The notes under the pieces are model-generated. The model worked only from the letters and a program-made list of their open reading frames with translations. It had not been told where the DNA came from and did not search any database. This document shows positions 48,097 through 58,138 of a stretch of DNA of 64,000 nucleotides, in pieces. The stretch comes from a virus (taxonomy: Duplodnaviria; Caudoviricetes), in IMG/VR virus record IMGVR_UViG_3300011113_000415; one strand, written 5' to 3'. Both the position numbers and the translations under genes were made by a program. Position 1 is the first letter of the stretch; every line of letters starts with the position of its first letter.

Positions 48097-50415
48097 ATGA
48101 AGCAGATAACAGTACAAAAACGTGACGGAACTCGCGAGCCATTGGCATTGGAAAAATGGCAAGCACAAATAGCCAAGGTGTGTGCAGGCACCGCAGATGT
48201 AAGTCAAAGCATGATTGAAATCAAGGCACAACTGCATTTTTATGATGGCATTACAACAAAAGAAATTGATGGCATTACTTTACGTGCTATTGTAGATTTG
48301 ATTGACGTAGAGTCAAATCCTGATGTGGGCCATACCAACTATCAGTATGTGGCAGGTAAACAACGACTATCAATGTTGCGTAAAGATGTGTACGGTTCAT
48401 ATGATCCACCTCACTTGTATGACATTGTAAAGCGAAATGTGGACACTGGCCTGTACACTCCTGAATTGTTGGAGTGGTATTCTGAAGAAGACTGGAATCG
48501 CATGAATGACATGATTGATCATGCCAAAGACGAACAGTATTCCTATGCCGCAGTGGAACAGTTGATTGAAAAGTATCTTGTGCGTAATCGCTCCACCAAG
48601 GAAATTTATGAAACACCACAAGTCAGATACATGGTTGCCGCAGCCACAGTATTCCACAGCGAAGAACCCAACACAGCCAGAATGCGCTACATCCGAGAGT
48701 ACTATAATGCCGCAAGTGATGGCCTGTTTACTCTTGCTACTCCTGTGCTTGCCGGTCTTGGTACTCCTACAAAGCAGTTTTCAAGTTGTGTGCTTATTCG
48801 CAGTGATGATGATTTGGATAGTATTTTCGCATCAGGTGAGATGATGGCCAAGTATGCCTCAAAGCGAGCAGGCATTGGCTTGGAGATTGGTCGACTACGT
48901 CCCTTAGGCTCGCCCATACGTGGTGGAGAAATCATGCACACCGGCATGATACCATTTTTAAAAAAATGGTTCGGTGATTTACGCTCATGTTCACAAGGTG
49001 GTATTCGTAATGCAAGTGCAACTGTTTTTTATCCCATATGGCATCATCAGTTCGATGACCTTATTGTTCTCAAGAACAATCAAGGTACAGAAGAAACCCG
49101 TGTGCGGCACATGGACTATGGGGTTGTTCTTTCCGCATTTTTCTGGAGACGATTCAAGAACCGAGAAAACATAACATTCTTTGACCCTAACGAAGTACCC
49201 GATCTCTACGAAGCATTCTACGCCAACACTGAACGCTTTGAAAAACTTTATACGGAATACGAGAAGCGTCGAGACCTACGTACCAAAGTAATGAGTGCTG
49301 AAGAAGTGTTCAAGTCAGGCATACTCAAAGAGCGCACTGACACTGGACGCATCTATCTTGTGTTCATTGACAACGTTCAGAATCAAGGACCCTTTGACAC
49401 TGAATATCATACCATTTACCAGAGTAACCTTTGCTGTGAAATTCTGTTACCTACCAAACCGTTTAAAAGACTGGACGATGAAACAGGTCGCATTGCACTA
49501 TGCACCTTGGGATCCATCAACTGGGGTGCGTTCCGTAATCCTGAAGACATGCGTCGTGCTTGCAGGATTCTGCAACGCAGTCTCTGTAACATTCTCGATT
49601 ACCAAGACTTCCTCTCGATCCAGAGCCAACTCTCGAATGACGAAATTCAGCCGCTTGGCATCGGCATTACTAACCTTGCTTACTGGCATGCCAAGCGCGG
49701 ACTGCAATATGGTGATAAAGACGCTCTTGCCGAGGTTAAGTCTTGGATGGAGCACCAGGCCTATTACCTTACCGAAGCAACAGTTGAATTGGCAAAGGAA
49801 CGAGGCCGTTGCAAAGATTCTGACCGGACCTGGTACGGTAAAGGTGTCTTTCCTTGGGAGAGACGTAGCGCCGGGGTCAATGAACTCACGGACTTTACAC
49901 CTGAACTGAACTGGGAAGCCCTACGTGCAGAAATGCGATCCTACGGAGTCAGAAATGCTACACTTATGGCCATTGCTCCTGTTGAAAGTAGTAGTGTGGT
50001 TATTAATAGTACCAATGGTATTGAAATGCCCATGAGTCTTATTTCAGTCAAAGAATCAAAAGCAGGTAGCCTTACACAAGTTGTGCCCGAGTATCACAAA
50101 CTCAAGAACAAGTATCAACTGATGTGGGCACAACGAGACTGTGACGGTTATTTGAAAACTGCGGCTGTGTTGGCAGCCTATGTTGATCAATCAATCTCAA
50201 CAAACACATTCTACAATCCAGCACACTTTGCTGAACGTAAAGTTCCAACAACACTAATTGCCAAGAACTTGATGCAAGCACACTATTGGGGATTGAAAAC
50301 ATTCTACTACAGCCTGATCAACAAGCAAGGTAGCAAACAAAAAGATGAAGAAGCGGCGCCACTTGAAATCATTGATTTTGACGATGCGGAAGACTGCGAA
50401 GCATGTAAGTTATAG
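48097..50415 (+). CDS. nrdA: Ribonucleotide reductase class Ia alpha subunit
   Basis: ATP-cone (VQKRDG), SSCVL, NLCCEI, IAPVESSS, FYYS and C-terminal CEAC. Confidence 0.95.
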   Translation: MKQITVQKRDGTREPLALEKWQAQIAKVCAGTADVSQSMIEIKAQLHFYDGITTKEIDGITLRAIVDLIDVESNPDVGHTNYQYVAGKQRLSMLRKDVYGSYDPPHLYDIVKRNVDTGLYTPELLEWYSEEDWNRMNDMIDHAKDEQYSYAAVEQLIEKYLVRNRSTKEIYETPQVRYMVAAATVFHSEEPNTARMRYIREYYNAASDGLFTLATPVLAGLGTPTKQFSSCVLIRSDDDLDSIFASGEMMAKYASKRAGIGLEIGRLRPLGSPIRGGEIMHTGMIPFLKKWFGDLRSCSQGGIRNASATVFYPIWHHQFDDLIVLKNNQGTEETRVRHMDYGVVLSAFFWRRFKNRENITFFDPNEVPDLYEAFYANTERFEKLYTEYEKRRDLRTKVMSAEEVFKSGILKERTDTGRIYLVFIDNVQNQGPFDTEYHTIYQSNLCCEILLPTKPFKRLDDETGRIALCTLGSINWGAFRNPEDMRRACRILQRSLCNILDYQDFLSIQSQLSNDEIQPLGIGITNLAYWHAKRGLQYGDKDALAEVKSWMEHQAYYLTEATVELAKERGRCKDSDRTWYGKGVFPWERRSAGVNELTDFTPELNWEALRAEMRSYGVRNATLMAIAPVESSSVVINSTNGIEMPMSLISVKESKAGSLTQVVPEYHKLKNKYQLMWAQRDCDGYLKTAAVLAAYVDQSISTNTFYNPAHFAERKVPTTLIAKNLMQAHYWGLKTFYYSLINKQGSKQKDEEAAPLEIIDFDDAEDCEACKL

Positions 50416-50424
50416 TAGGAACCA

Positions 50425-50607
50425 ATGAGCAAGAGAAACAACTCAAAAAAGAAAAAAAGGTATACCCCTGATGAAATTGCAGAATTTAATAGACTTCATG
50501 ATTTAAAAAATCCTGATCCACTTAGCGGTCTTAATTTTCAAACAAGTTATAATTCAAGCGCAGGGCCTGTCAATGCAAAAGTTAGTAAATTTTTTAAGGG
50601 AAAATAA
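50425..50607 (+). CDS. Small basic hypothetical protein
   Basis: AGGA RBS; fills the gap between nrdA and aceA. Confidence 0.45.
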   Translation: MSKRNNSKKKKRYTPDEIAEFNRLHDLKNPDPLSGLNFQTSYNSSAGPVNAKVSKFFKGK

Positions 50608-51816
50608 ATGAAAAAACGAAATTACACACAAGACACTGTTTGCAAACTACAAGGTAGCGTACAGATTGAACACACACTAGCCAAGCGTGGCGCATATAAA
50701 TTGCGTGAACTATTAGCCAACGAACCATACATCAATACACTGGGTGCATACAATGGACAAATGGCTGTACAACACGCCAAGGCAGGATTGAAAGCAATTT
50801 ATTTGTCAGGCTGGCAAGTGGCCGCAGCCAACAACACAGCCAATCAAACTTATCCTGACCAAAGTCTATATCCAGTGGATTCAGTGCCCAAGGTTGTTCG
50901 AGGCATCAATAATGCTTTCCGCCGTGCTGATCAAATTGAATACCTAGAAGGCAAGGTAACAACTGATTACTTTTTGCCTATTGTAGCAGATGCGGAAGCC
51001 GGCTTTGGTGGTGCATTGAACAGTTATGAACTAATGATGGCAATGATCGAAGCCGGAGCCGCCGGTGTACACTTTGAAGACCAATTGAGTTCAGAAAAGA
51101 AATGTGGCCACTTGGGTGGCAAGGTATTAATCCCTACAGGGCAAATGATCCGCACACTCAATGCCGCACGTTTGGCTGCAGATGTTGCAGGAGTAGATAC
51201 AGTTATTATGGCACGTACAGACGCAGAGAGTGCTACACTTATTACTAGCGACCATGATCCATTAGACCGGGAATTTATTATTGATGAACGCACCGAAGAA
51301 GGATTCTACAAATTTAAAAACGGCATTGATGCTTGCATTAGCCGAGGTCTTGCTTATGCCCCTTACGCTGATCTCTTATGGTTTGAAACTTCAACACCTG
51401 ATATTGCACAGGCTAAAAAATTCGCTGATGCTATACACGCACAGTACCCTGATCAAATGCTGGCTTATAATTGCAGTCCTAGTTTTAATTGGCGTAAGTT
51501 TTTAAGCGAAGACGAGTGCGAAACATTCCAACGCGAACTAGGCGAACTAGGATTCAAGTTTCAATTTATCACATTGGCTGGTTTCCACTCAGTGAACCTT
51601 GCCACATTTGAACTTGCTGAAGCATATAAGGCTCGTGGCATGGCGGGTTACGCTGAAATGCAACAACGTGAGTTTGCGGCACAGGCTCGTGGCTTTACTA
51701 CTGTGAAACATCAACGCGAAGTCGGCGTTGGATACTTTGACTTGATCAGCGAAGCAGTGGGTGCTACATCAACAGTGGCCAACAAATCATCAACTGAAGC
51801 GGATCAATTCCATTGA
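50608..51816 (+). CDS. aceA: Isocitrate lyase
   Basis: [26 protein letters not shown], catalytic [34 protein letters not shown]. Confidence 0.95.
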   Translation: MKKRNYTQDTVCKLQGSVQIEHTLAKRGAYKLRELLANEPYINTLGAYNGQMAVQHAKAGLKAIYLSGWQVAAANNTANQTYPDQSLYPVDSVPKVVRGINNAFRRADQIEYLEGKVTTDYFLPIVADAEAGFGGALNSYELMMAMIEAGAAGVHFEDQLSSEKKCGHLGGKVLIPTGQMIRTLNAARLAADVAGVDTVIMARTDAESATLITSDHDPLDREFIIDERTEEGFYKFKNGIDACISRGLAYAPYADLLWFETSTPDIAQAKKFADAIHAQYPDQMLAYNCSPSFNWRKFLSEDECETFQRELGELGFKFQFITLAGFHSVNLATFELAEAYKARGMAGYAEMQQREFAAQARGFTTVKHQREVGVGYFDLISEAVGATSTVANKSSTEADQFH

Positions 51817-52004
51817 ACAGTTTTGAAAGAATATGGGCTCGGGCCACCGGGCACTTGATGGGCAAGTCAGATCATGACCGCCCAGATGTGCCCATACTCA
51901 CACTGAAGGAGGCCCGAATAGCCTTGTTCTTCAAAACGTTTTGGGTTATAATACATGTCATCACCTGTGGTTTTATTATAGCAAATACAATCAGACACTG
52001 GTGA
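51813..52004 (+). CDS. Small membrane protein
   Basis: 63 aa with a C-terminal hydrophobic segment; coupled to aceA. Confidence 0.55.
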   Translation: MNSFERIWARATGHLMGKSDHDRPDVPILTLKEARIALFFKTFWVIIHVITCGFIIANTIRHW

Positions 52005-52019
52005 AACTGAGTAAAATTT

Positions 52020-53159
52020 ATGAATTCAAAAACTTTTTGTTTGGCTCCTTGGGTCAATACCTGTGTTCTGCCTTCGGGACATTTGACGCCGTGTTGTGTT
52101 TGGCAAGAAACGTCAGATGCAACTTTTAAAGATTTTGATACTTGGCATAATTCGGACTATTTGAAAAACATTAGAAAGCGCATGTATCAAGGCGAAAAAA
52201 TTTCAGCCTGTGCCACATGTTGGCATGATGAAAGTATTGGAAAAGAAAGTCTAAGACAAATTTATAACCAAGAATGGTCAAAATTCTCTGTGAGAGATAT
52301 TATCAATAAAAATTGGCATGCTTCACACGGCGTTTGTGCGTTGGATTTAAAATTAGGAAATTTGTGCAATTTAAAATGTGTCATGTGTTCTCCTTCATCA
52401 AGTAGCCAATTGCTTTCTGAATACAAAACAAATACTACAAAATTTAACAATTTGAAATATTATGCTGTCAACTTTTTGGAAAAAGATTTTTCGTGGCCAT
52501 TGACTGATGATTTCAAAGATTTTTTAAAAAAATTCCAAAATCAATTACGGTGGATTAAATTCACTGGAGGTGAACCTACAATTATACCACATGTATTAGA
52601 TGTATTGGACAACTTGAATTGCGATAAAGTCACAGTGACCTTGGCAACCAATGGTACCAGACTTGATCAGCAATTTGTAGACAAGATTAAAAAATTTCAA
52701 ACAGTTTGGCTGACTGTGAGTCTTGAAGGTATACAAGAACATAATGATCAAATTAGATTTTTATCCCAATGGGAAGAGATTGAAAAAAACATTTTATCTG
52801 TTTATAATTTGCCAAACATCTATTTTAGCATTAATCATGTTTTGCAATGTTTTAGTGTGAATACCTTTATACCTTTGTTACAATGGTGTGAAAAATATCA
52901 AATTAAATTAGATGTAAATGTATTATCAAAACCTGAGTATCTAAGCATAAATGCAGTAGGTGTAAATATCATTGAGAAGTTTATAAATCAATTAAAGCAA
53001 ACGCATGTGACAACTAACCACCAGGTTATTCCGCATGTGCTTGGACATTTGAGTAATTATTCATACCGTCCTGATCTTGAAAAACAGCGACACGAATATT
53101 TGCAATTGTTAGATTCAATTAGGCATACAAATACAGATAATATTATTGAGGGTAAATAG
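52020..53159 (+). CDS. Radical SAM protein with N-terminal twitch-like domain
   Basis: FCLAPW, PCC, ACATCW, CNLKCVMC, TGGEP, TNG, SLEG. AT-rich. Confidence 0.88.
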   Translation: MNSKTFCLAPWVNTCVLPSGHLTPCCVWQETSDATFKDFDTWHNSDYLKNIRKRMYQGEKISACATCWHDESIGKESLRQIYNQEWSKFSVRDIINKNWHASHGVCALDLKLGNLCNLKCVMCSPSSSSQLLSEYKTNTTKFNNLKYYAVNFLEKDFSWPLTDDFKDFLKKFQNQLRWIKFTGGEPTIIPHVLDVLDNLNCDKVTVTLATNGTRLDQQFVDKIKKFQTVWLTVSLEGIQEHNDQIRFLSQWEEIEKNILSVYNLPNIYFSINHVLQCFSVNTFIPLLQWCEKYQIKLDVNVLSKPEYLSINAVGVNIIEKFINQLKQTHVTTNHQVIPHVLGHLSNYSYRPDLEKQRHEYLQLLDSIRHTNTDNIIEGK

Positions 53160-53162
53160 ATA

Positions 53163-54263
53163 ATGAGTCAAGCACAATACAATTTAAAACAAAAAACAGA
53201 TTATCTCAGTCGCAAGATGTTCTTGGATCCAGCAGGTCCAGTAACAGTACAACGATTTGAAGAAGTCAAGTACAACAAACTGGTCAAGTACGAACAAGAA
53301 GCACGTGGCTTCTTTTGGGTGCCAGAAGAAATCTCTTTGACCAAAGACGCACAAGACTTTAAAGATGCATCAGAAACTGTACGTCATATCTTTACATCAA
53401 ACTTGTTGCGGCAAACGGCCTTGGATAGTTTGCAAGGTCGAGGACCCAGTCAAATCTTTACACCTGTGATTTCGATTCCTGAACTGGAAAGTCTTGTGTA
53501 CAACTGGACATTCTTTGAAACCAACATTCACAGTCGCAGTTACAGCCACATCATTCGCAACATCTACAATGTGCCCAAGGATGTGTTCAACACAATCCAT
53601 GACACACAAGAAATCGTTGACATGGCGTCAAGTGTGGGCAATTACTATGATCGACTACACATGATCAACTGTCGCAAAGAGTTACTGGAAGAGTTTCCAG
53701 AACGTGAACACATCAAGGCAGTTTGGTTGGCACTCAATGCCTCCTATGCTTTAGAAGCGTTCCGCTTTATGGTTAGTTTTGCTACAAGTTTGGCAATGGT
53801 TGAGAACAAGATCTTTATTGGCAACGGCAACATTATTCAGTTGATCTTGCAAGATGAACTGCTACACAAAGAGTGGACTGGGTGGTTGATCAATCAAGTA
53901 GTCAAAGAGGACACACGTTTTGCGGCCGTTAAGACTGAATGTGAAGCGGAAGTATACCAAATGTATCTAGATGTGATTCGCGAGGAAAAAGCCTGGGCTG
54001 ACTATTTGTTCAACAAAGGTCCTGTGATTGGTCTTAATGCAAACATTCTCAAAGACTTTGTGGACTTCACAGCATTCAACGCTCTCAAAGAGATTGGAAT
54101 CAAGTACACAGAAGAACACCCACGTTCAACACCCATTCCTTGGTTTACCAAACACGTGGACACCAGCAAGAAACAAACTGCACTCCAAGAGTCAGAATCG
54201 ACTAACTATGTTATTGGAGTGATGTCCGATCAACTGGATTACGAGGAGTTACCTGATCTATGA
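53163..54263 (+). CDS. nrdB: Ribonucleotide reductase class Ia beta subunit
   Basis: FFWVPEE, LDSLQ, ETNIHSRSY, LEAFRF, DELLH, QESE..NY. Confidence 0.95.
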   Translation: MSQAQYNLKQKTDYLSRKMFLDPAGPVTVQRFEEVKYNKLVKYEQEARGFFWVPEEISLTKDAQDFKDASETVRHIFTSNLLRQTALDSLQGRGPSQIFTPVISIPELESLVYNWTFFETNIHSRSYSHIIRNIYNVPKDVFNTIHDTQEIVDMASSVGNYYDRLHMINCRKELLEEFPEREHIKAVWLALNASYALEAFRFMVSFATSLAMVENKIFIGNGNIIQLILQDELLHKEWTGWLINQVVKEDTRFAAVKTECEAEVYQMYLDVIREEKAWADYLFNKGPVIGLNANILKDFVDFTAFNALKEIGIKYTEEHPRSTPIPWFTKHVDTSKKQTALQESESTNYVIGVMSDQLDYEELPDL

Positions 54264-54691
54264 GAAACTTAATTAATTTAATGGAAGACCAAGGAGTTAC
54301 TGACGCTTGGTTTCAAGATGGCGGCTTTGAAACATACAAAAAAGACTTGCCTGTGATATATGCTACTGCGGAAACTCCTGGTATAATAAACACTCTAGAA
54401 AATCCTGTAGGGTATCAAGCAGGATACAAAATTATAACAGGACCCAACGGTGAACAGTATCCGATACCTCCAGAGAAATTTGCCGGCCTGTATGATGACA
54501 ACAAGGATGGCACAGCCACTCCTAAGAAGATCATCAAGATGGCCAAGTTAGCAGATAACAGTGGATCAGTTAAAACCTCATGGGGTGAGACTTTGAACTA
54601 CACTCGAGGTAATGACTACATTGTGCGTCATGGCCCTGGAGACTATGGCGTGGTCAAAAAAGATATCTTCCCTAAGACATACCAAACATAA
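54260..54691 (+). CDS. PGDYG-motif protein
   Basis: HGPGDYG motif near the C-terminus, TSWGE; N-terminal MRNLINLME leader. Confidence 0.6.
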   Translation: MRNLINLMEDQGVTDAWFQDGGFETYKKDLPVIYATAETPGIINTLENPVGYQAGYKIITGPNGEQYPIPPEKFAGLYDDNKDGTATPKKIIKMAKLADNSGSVKTSWGETLNYTRGNDYIVRHGPGDYGVVKKDIFPKTYQT

Positions 54692-54710
54692 CAACTATAA
54701 GGAGAACATT

Positions 54711-54941
54711 ATGAAAGCCATTGTATGGTCAAAGAATCACTGCCCCTATTGCGATCAAGCCAAGAACTTGCTCAAACTAAAAGGCATTGAATATGAAGAA
54801 CGCAACATCAACGACGGTTGGGACAAAGAAGATTTGCTGGCGGCTGTACCAGGCGCGAGAACAGTGCCACAAATTTTTCTAGACGAGGAATTGGTGGGCG
54901 GATTTACAGAACTAAAGAAAAGGTTAACAGATGCTACTTGA
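54711..54941 (+). CDS. Glutaredoxin
   Basis: CPYC active site, TVPQIF, GG; AAGGAG RBS; next to nrdB. Confidence 0.92.
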   Translation: MKAIVWSKNHCPYCDQAKNLLKLKGIEYEERNINDGWDKEDLLAAVPGARTVPQIFLDEELVGGFTELKKRLTDAT

Positions 54942-55227
54942 AATTGACAAAGGACTCGCCGAAGGCGACGTGGTCACACTCAAACTCACATCCGGTGAGG
55001 AGATTGTGGCAAGACTGGACAAAGAAACTGACACGCACTACAGGTTGACCAAACCCATGGTCATTGCTATGGGACCAAACGGCCCCGGGCTTTTGCCCTA
55101 CTTGTTCACAGTGAGTCCGGACAAGACCATTGGCTTATCCAAAGGTACTGTGACTGTGGCGGTGACTTCAGACAAGCAGTTTGCAAGCCAGTACATGCAG
55201 AGCACAACCAACATACAAATGGTTTAA
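54931..55227 (+). CDS. Conserved small phage protein (Sm-like fold, tentative)
   Basis: VVTLKLTSGEEIVAR motif. Confidence 0.55.
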   Translation: MLLEIDKGLAEGDVVTLKLTSGEEIVARLDKETDTHYRLTKPMVIAMGPNGPGLLPYLFTVSPDKTIGLSKGTVTVAVTSDKQFASQYMQSTTNIQMV

Positions 55228-55258
55228 AACACCGGCTTTTCTTTTCCATAAATAATCA

Positions 55259-55474
55259 ATGGGACATCGCTTTGTGATCATGCAGGATGATACGTTGTAT
55301 GAATACACAGAATATGATCAGATTCCTAATGAATTTGATCATGTGATTGAATTTGCTCCTGAAATTCCGCCCGGTCCTCATACTGACGAACAGCATGATG
55401 AAATTGATCAGTGGCAAGTTAAGTTTAGTAGATTAATGGAAATAGAATATGCCAGCAGCCGCAAGAAAGAATGA
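55259..55474 (+). CDS. Hypothetical late protein
   Basis: TAAATA 4 nt upstream. Confidence 0.55.
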   Translation: MGHRFVIMQDDTLYEYTEYDQIPNEFDHVIEFAPEIPPGPHTDEQHDEIDQWQVKFSRLMEIEYASSRKKE

Positions 55475-55832
55475 TAAATGTGTGCCTCACTGTTCACCTT
55501 TTAACATAAAAGGCGCCAGCACCAGTGTGTTCGTAAACAACAAAGGGGCATCTCGTGTGGGAGATCCAGTTGTGCCACACAAAGAAGGCGGAGGTGCCGC
55601 TGGAGCAGCCGGAACAGCGGCATCCATAGGATCAAGTTTTGCACCGCCACCATACAGCGTTGCAATTGCAGTTGTTGGAAAATTAGTAAAGTGTAAAAAT
55701 CACGCTCCAAGCATTGCAACAGGATCAAGTTCAGTTTTTATCAACGGAAAAGCAGCCGCGTTTGTTGGCAGTAGTATAACTGGATGCACCAGTGTTGCGG
55801 CCGGTAGCACAACTGTTTTTATTGGTAAGTAA
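55449..55832 (+). CDS. PAAR-repeat spike-tip protein (T4 gp5.4-like)
   Basis: MPAAAR, SVFVNNK.ASRVGD, GSSSVFINGK, AAGSTTVFIG; Cys/His metal ligands. Confidence 0.85.
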   Translation: MPAAARKNDKCVPHCSPFNIKGASTSVFVNNKGASRVGDPVVPHKEGGGAAGAAGTAASIGSSFAPPPYSVAIAVVGKLVKCKNHAPSIATGSSSVFINGKAAAFVGSSITGCTSVAAGSTTVFIGK

Positions 55833-55834
55833 CC

Positions 55835-57124
55835 GTGCCTTCAATATTGACCCCACTGCAGATGATTGCCGGAGCCACGCTCAGTAACAATCAAGGTGTG
55901 GCCATTGCTACAAATTTTACCAATGCTATCTCCTCTTATACCGGTACTACACTACTGACACCATTGTTTGGGGCCCTTGGAAATAGTGCAAGTGCAAATC
56001 TAACTCCCACAACTCTTATCAGTTTAGAGACCATGGCAGCCAACAGTTGCCCTGCTTTAGCAGATAGCACACCCGAAGCGTATGCCAGCAATATAGGTAA
56101 CATACTAGGCCCTAGAGTAATTGCAAATTTCACCACCAACTATACCACATTTAGTGGCAGTATTGCTGGAAACACGTTGACGGTGACTACAGTTCCTGAA
56201 CCAAATTTGATATATGTTAGTCTACAACTTGGTGCTGTTGGCCTTACTGCAAATACTTTTATCACTGCTGATCTAACAGGTGGTGGCGGAGTCGGAGATT
56301 ACGAAGTAACACCTGAACAGACTATTCCTTCCTCTACCATAGTTGCCAACCCATCGCTGGCTTCTTATGGTAACAGTATCAATGGATTCACCGGAGTTAT
56401 TACCGACATTGGTAATACCTATCTTGGTCAAGGTAACACCACAGTTTTTGCACAAGTGTTTACAGGAGCACAGAGTTATATAAATCAGAACAATGATTTT
56501 ATTAACACCGCCTACAATAGTCAAACCTACTTGGGTAGTACATTTACCTCCATGAACAGTTTGATCACCGGCAACTTGACTGACGTAAACTTGGCACTAC
56601 CTGCATTTGGTAGCGATTTAGCACGACTTGGTTTTCTTATTGATTTAAATAATCTTGGCAACTTTGGCCTACCTAGTTCGGTATTCCGACAATTAGCCAC
56701 AGTGACCAACTTGACTCCTAGAATTACTGTGGCACTCAAACAGGTAGGATTCACCACGGCTCAAATTGAAAGCATTACCGATCCTGATGCTACGTTAACT
56801 GATACACTAGAGGCCAAGTTGTATCGAGCCATGCTGTTGATCACAGGCCAGGCACTCCAGCAGGTTTGCAACATCCTTGGAGTCACGTTACCAGTGTTTG
56901 GGGTCAACACAACCCAACCTCAGAGTCCTGGGCTCGAAACAATGGCTGATCTGTTGAATCCTGTAAAAATATTCCCTACCAGTTTTGCCAGCCTCACGGT
57001 AAGGACCTACAATCAAAACACAACCAGTGAGTTGAGAGCAATCTATCTAGACTCAATTGGTACTATCAACAGCAAGTTGTTACAGTACTTGCCAAGATAT
57101 GTTCTAACAGTGGTGCCAGCATGA
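55835..57124 (+). CDS. Virion structural protein (tail/baseplate region)
   Basis: Follows PAAR; Thr/Asn/Gly-rich; 429 aa. Confidence 0.55.
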   Translation: MPSILTPLQMIAGATLSNNQGVAIATNFTNAISSYTGTTLLTPLFGALGNSASANLTPTTLISLETMAANSCPALADSTPEAYASNIGNILGPRVIANFTTNYTTFSGSIAGNTLTVTTVPEPNLIYVSLQLGAVGLTANTFITADLTGGGGVGDYEVTPEQTIPSSTIVANPSLASYGNSINGFTGVITDIGNTYLGQGNTTVFAQVFTGAQSYINQNNDFINTAYNSQTYLGSTFTSMNSLITGNLTDVNLALPAFGSDLARLGFLIDLNNLGNFGLPSSVFRQLATVTNLTPRITVALKQVGFTTAQIESITDPDATLTDTLEAKLYRAMLLITGQALQQVCNILGVTLPVFGVNTTQPQSPGLETMADLLNPVKIFPTSFASLTVRTYNQNTTSELRAIYLDSIGTINSKLLQYLPRYVLTVVPA

Positions 57125-58062
57125 TTACCTATGAACGTCTAAGTAGAATTATACCCGCAGATCAAGCCTTGGCTTGCAAGGCCATGAGTGTGAGTTTACA
57201 ACAAGTAAAAAACATCGATACGTTGAGTTTGCCACAATTGGCCGCTGCCTTTGTCGACACAGTGACTACCAAAGACCTAGATCAAATCAATGCGCTTACT
57301 ACAGCAGTGCCACCTGATGTGGCACAATTTTATACTGATTACTATGCTACAGGAACAGGTACAGGAAACACACTGGTATTAACTGACCTGTTGGGTGCCG
57401 CTGTCGGAGTGACTTATATTGATCAGTTGAACAACGTTGTGACCACGCTTAATTCAATAGGCAATGGTTTATCAAATCTCACAACCATTTACACTAGAAT
57501 GGAAAACACAGTGAATGGTGTGTATGGCAATGCAGTAACAGGACCAGTTGTGATTCCTGCAGGATATGCCGCTGGTACCTATGCCAATGCAGACGCGGCA
57601 TTTAGCAACGCATTGATTTCTAATGCAGTGATTGAAATTGGCAACATTGTCACTGCCTACCCGACACAGACCACGTCACTCAACTCAGAATTCAATACCA
57701 TGGCGCAAAAGATCATCAGTGAAACTGATAATTTAACTTTGGCCACTATAAACATAGCCGAATTAAACACTGACGATCGTAGTCCTGTAATGAGTTTTGT
57801 TGAAAGTCTACCCGAATATGGAGTCAACAAAGAAGAAAACGGGCCCACATGGTTCCTGGAACAAGTGGCCGATCTTACCACACTAGGCGGGCAAGCCATT
57901 GTGGGTTGTTTGAGAGAAGGGCAAAATCTAGCAGTGCTCAACAACGTAGGAATTGGTGTAGATACCAACATTCCAAGCGAGCCCAGTTCGCCCAATCCGG
58001 TTGCAAATCTCATTCCGGCCACGTATACTGAGTCACAAGCAGCCAATTTAGTGGTGATTTAA
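57121..58062 (+). CDS. Virion structural protein (tail/baseplate region)
   Basis: Coupled to the previous gene; similar composition. Confidence 0.55.
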   Translation: MITYERLSRIIPADQALACKAMSVSLQQVKNIDTLSLPQLAAAFVDTVTTKDLDQINALTTAVPPDVAQFYTDYYATGTGTGNTLVLTDLLGAAVGVTYIDQLNNVVTTLNSIGNGLSNLTTIYTRMENTVNGVYGNAVTGPVVIPAGYAAGTYANADAAFSNALISNAVIEIGNIVTAYPTQTTSLNSEFNTMAQKIISETDNLTLATINIAELNTDDRSPVMSFVESLPEYGVNKEENGPTWFLEQVADLTTLGGQAIVGCLREGQNLAVLNNVGIGVDTNIPSEPSSPNPVANLIPATYTESQAANLVVI

Positions 58063-58138
58063 TCACGTAAAGCGTGATTCCGCTAAATATTATTCTGTGT
58101 TTGTAACAAGACACTATCTTTTTAAAAGGAAAAACTAA

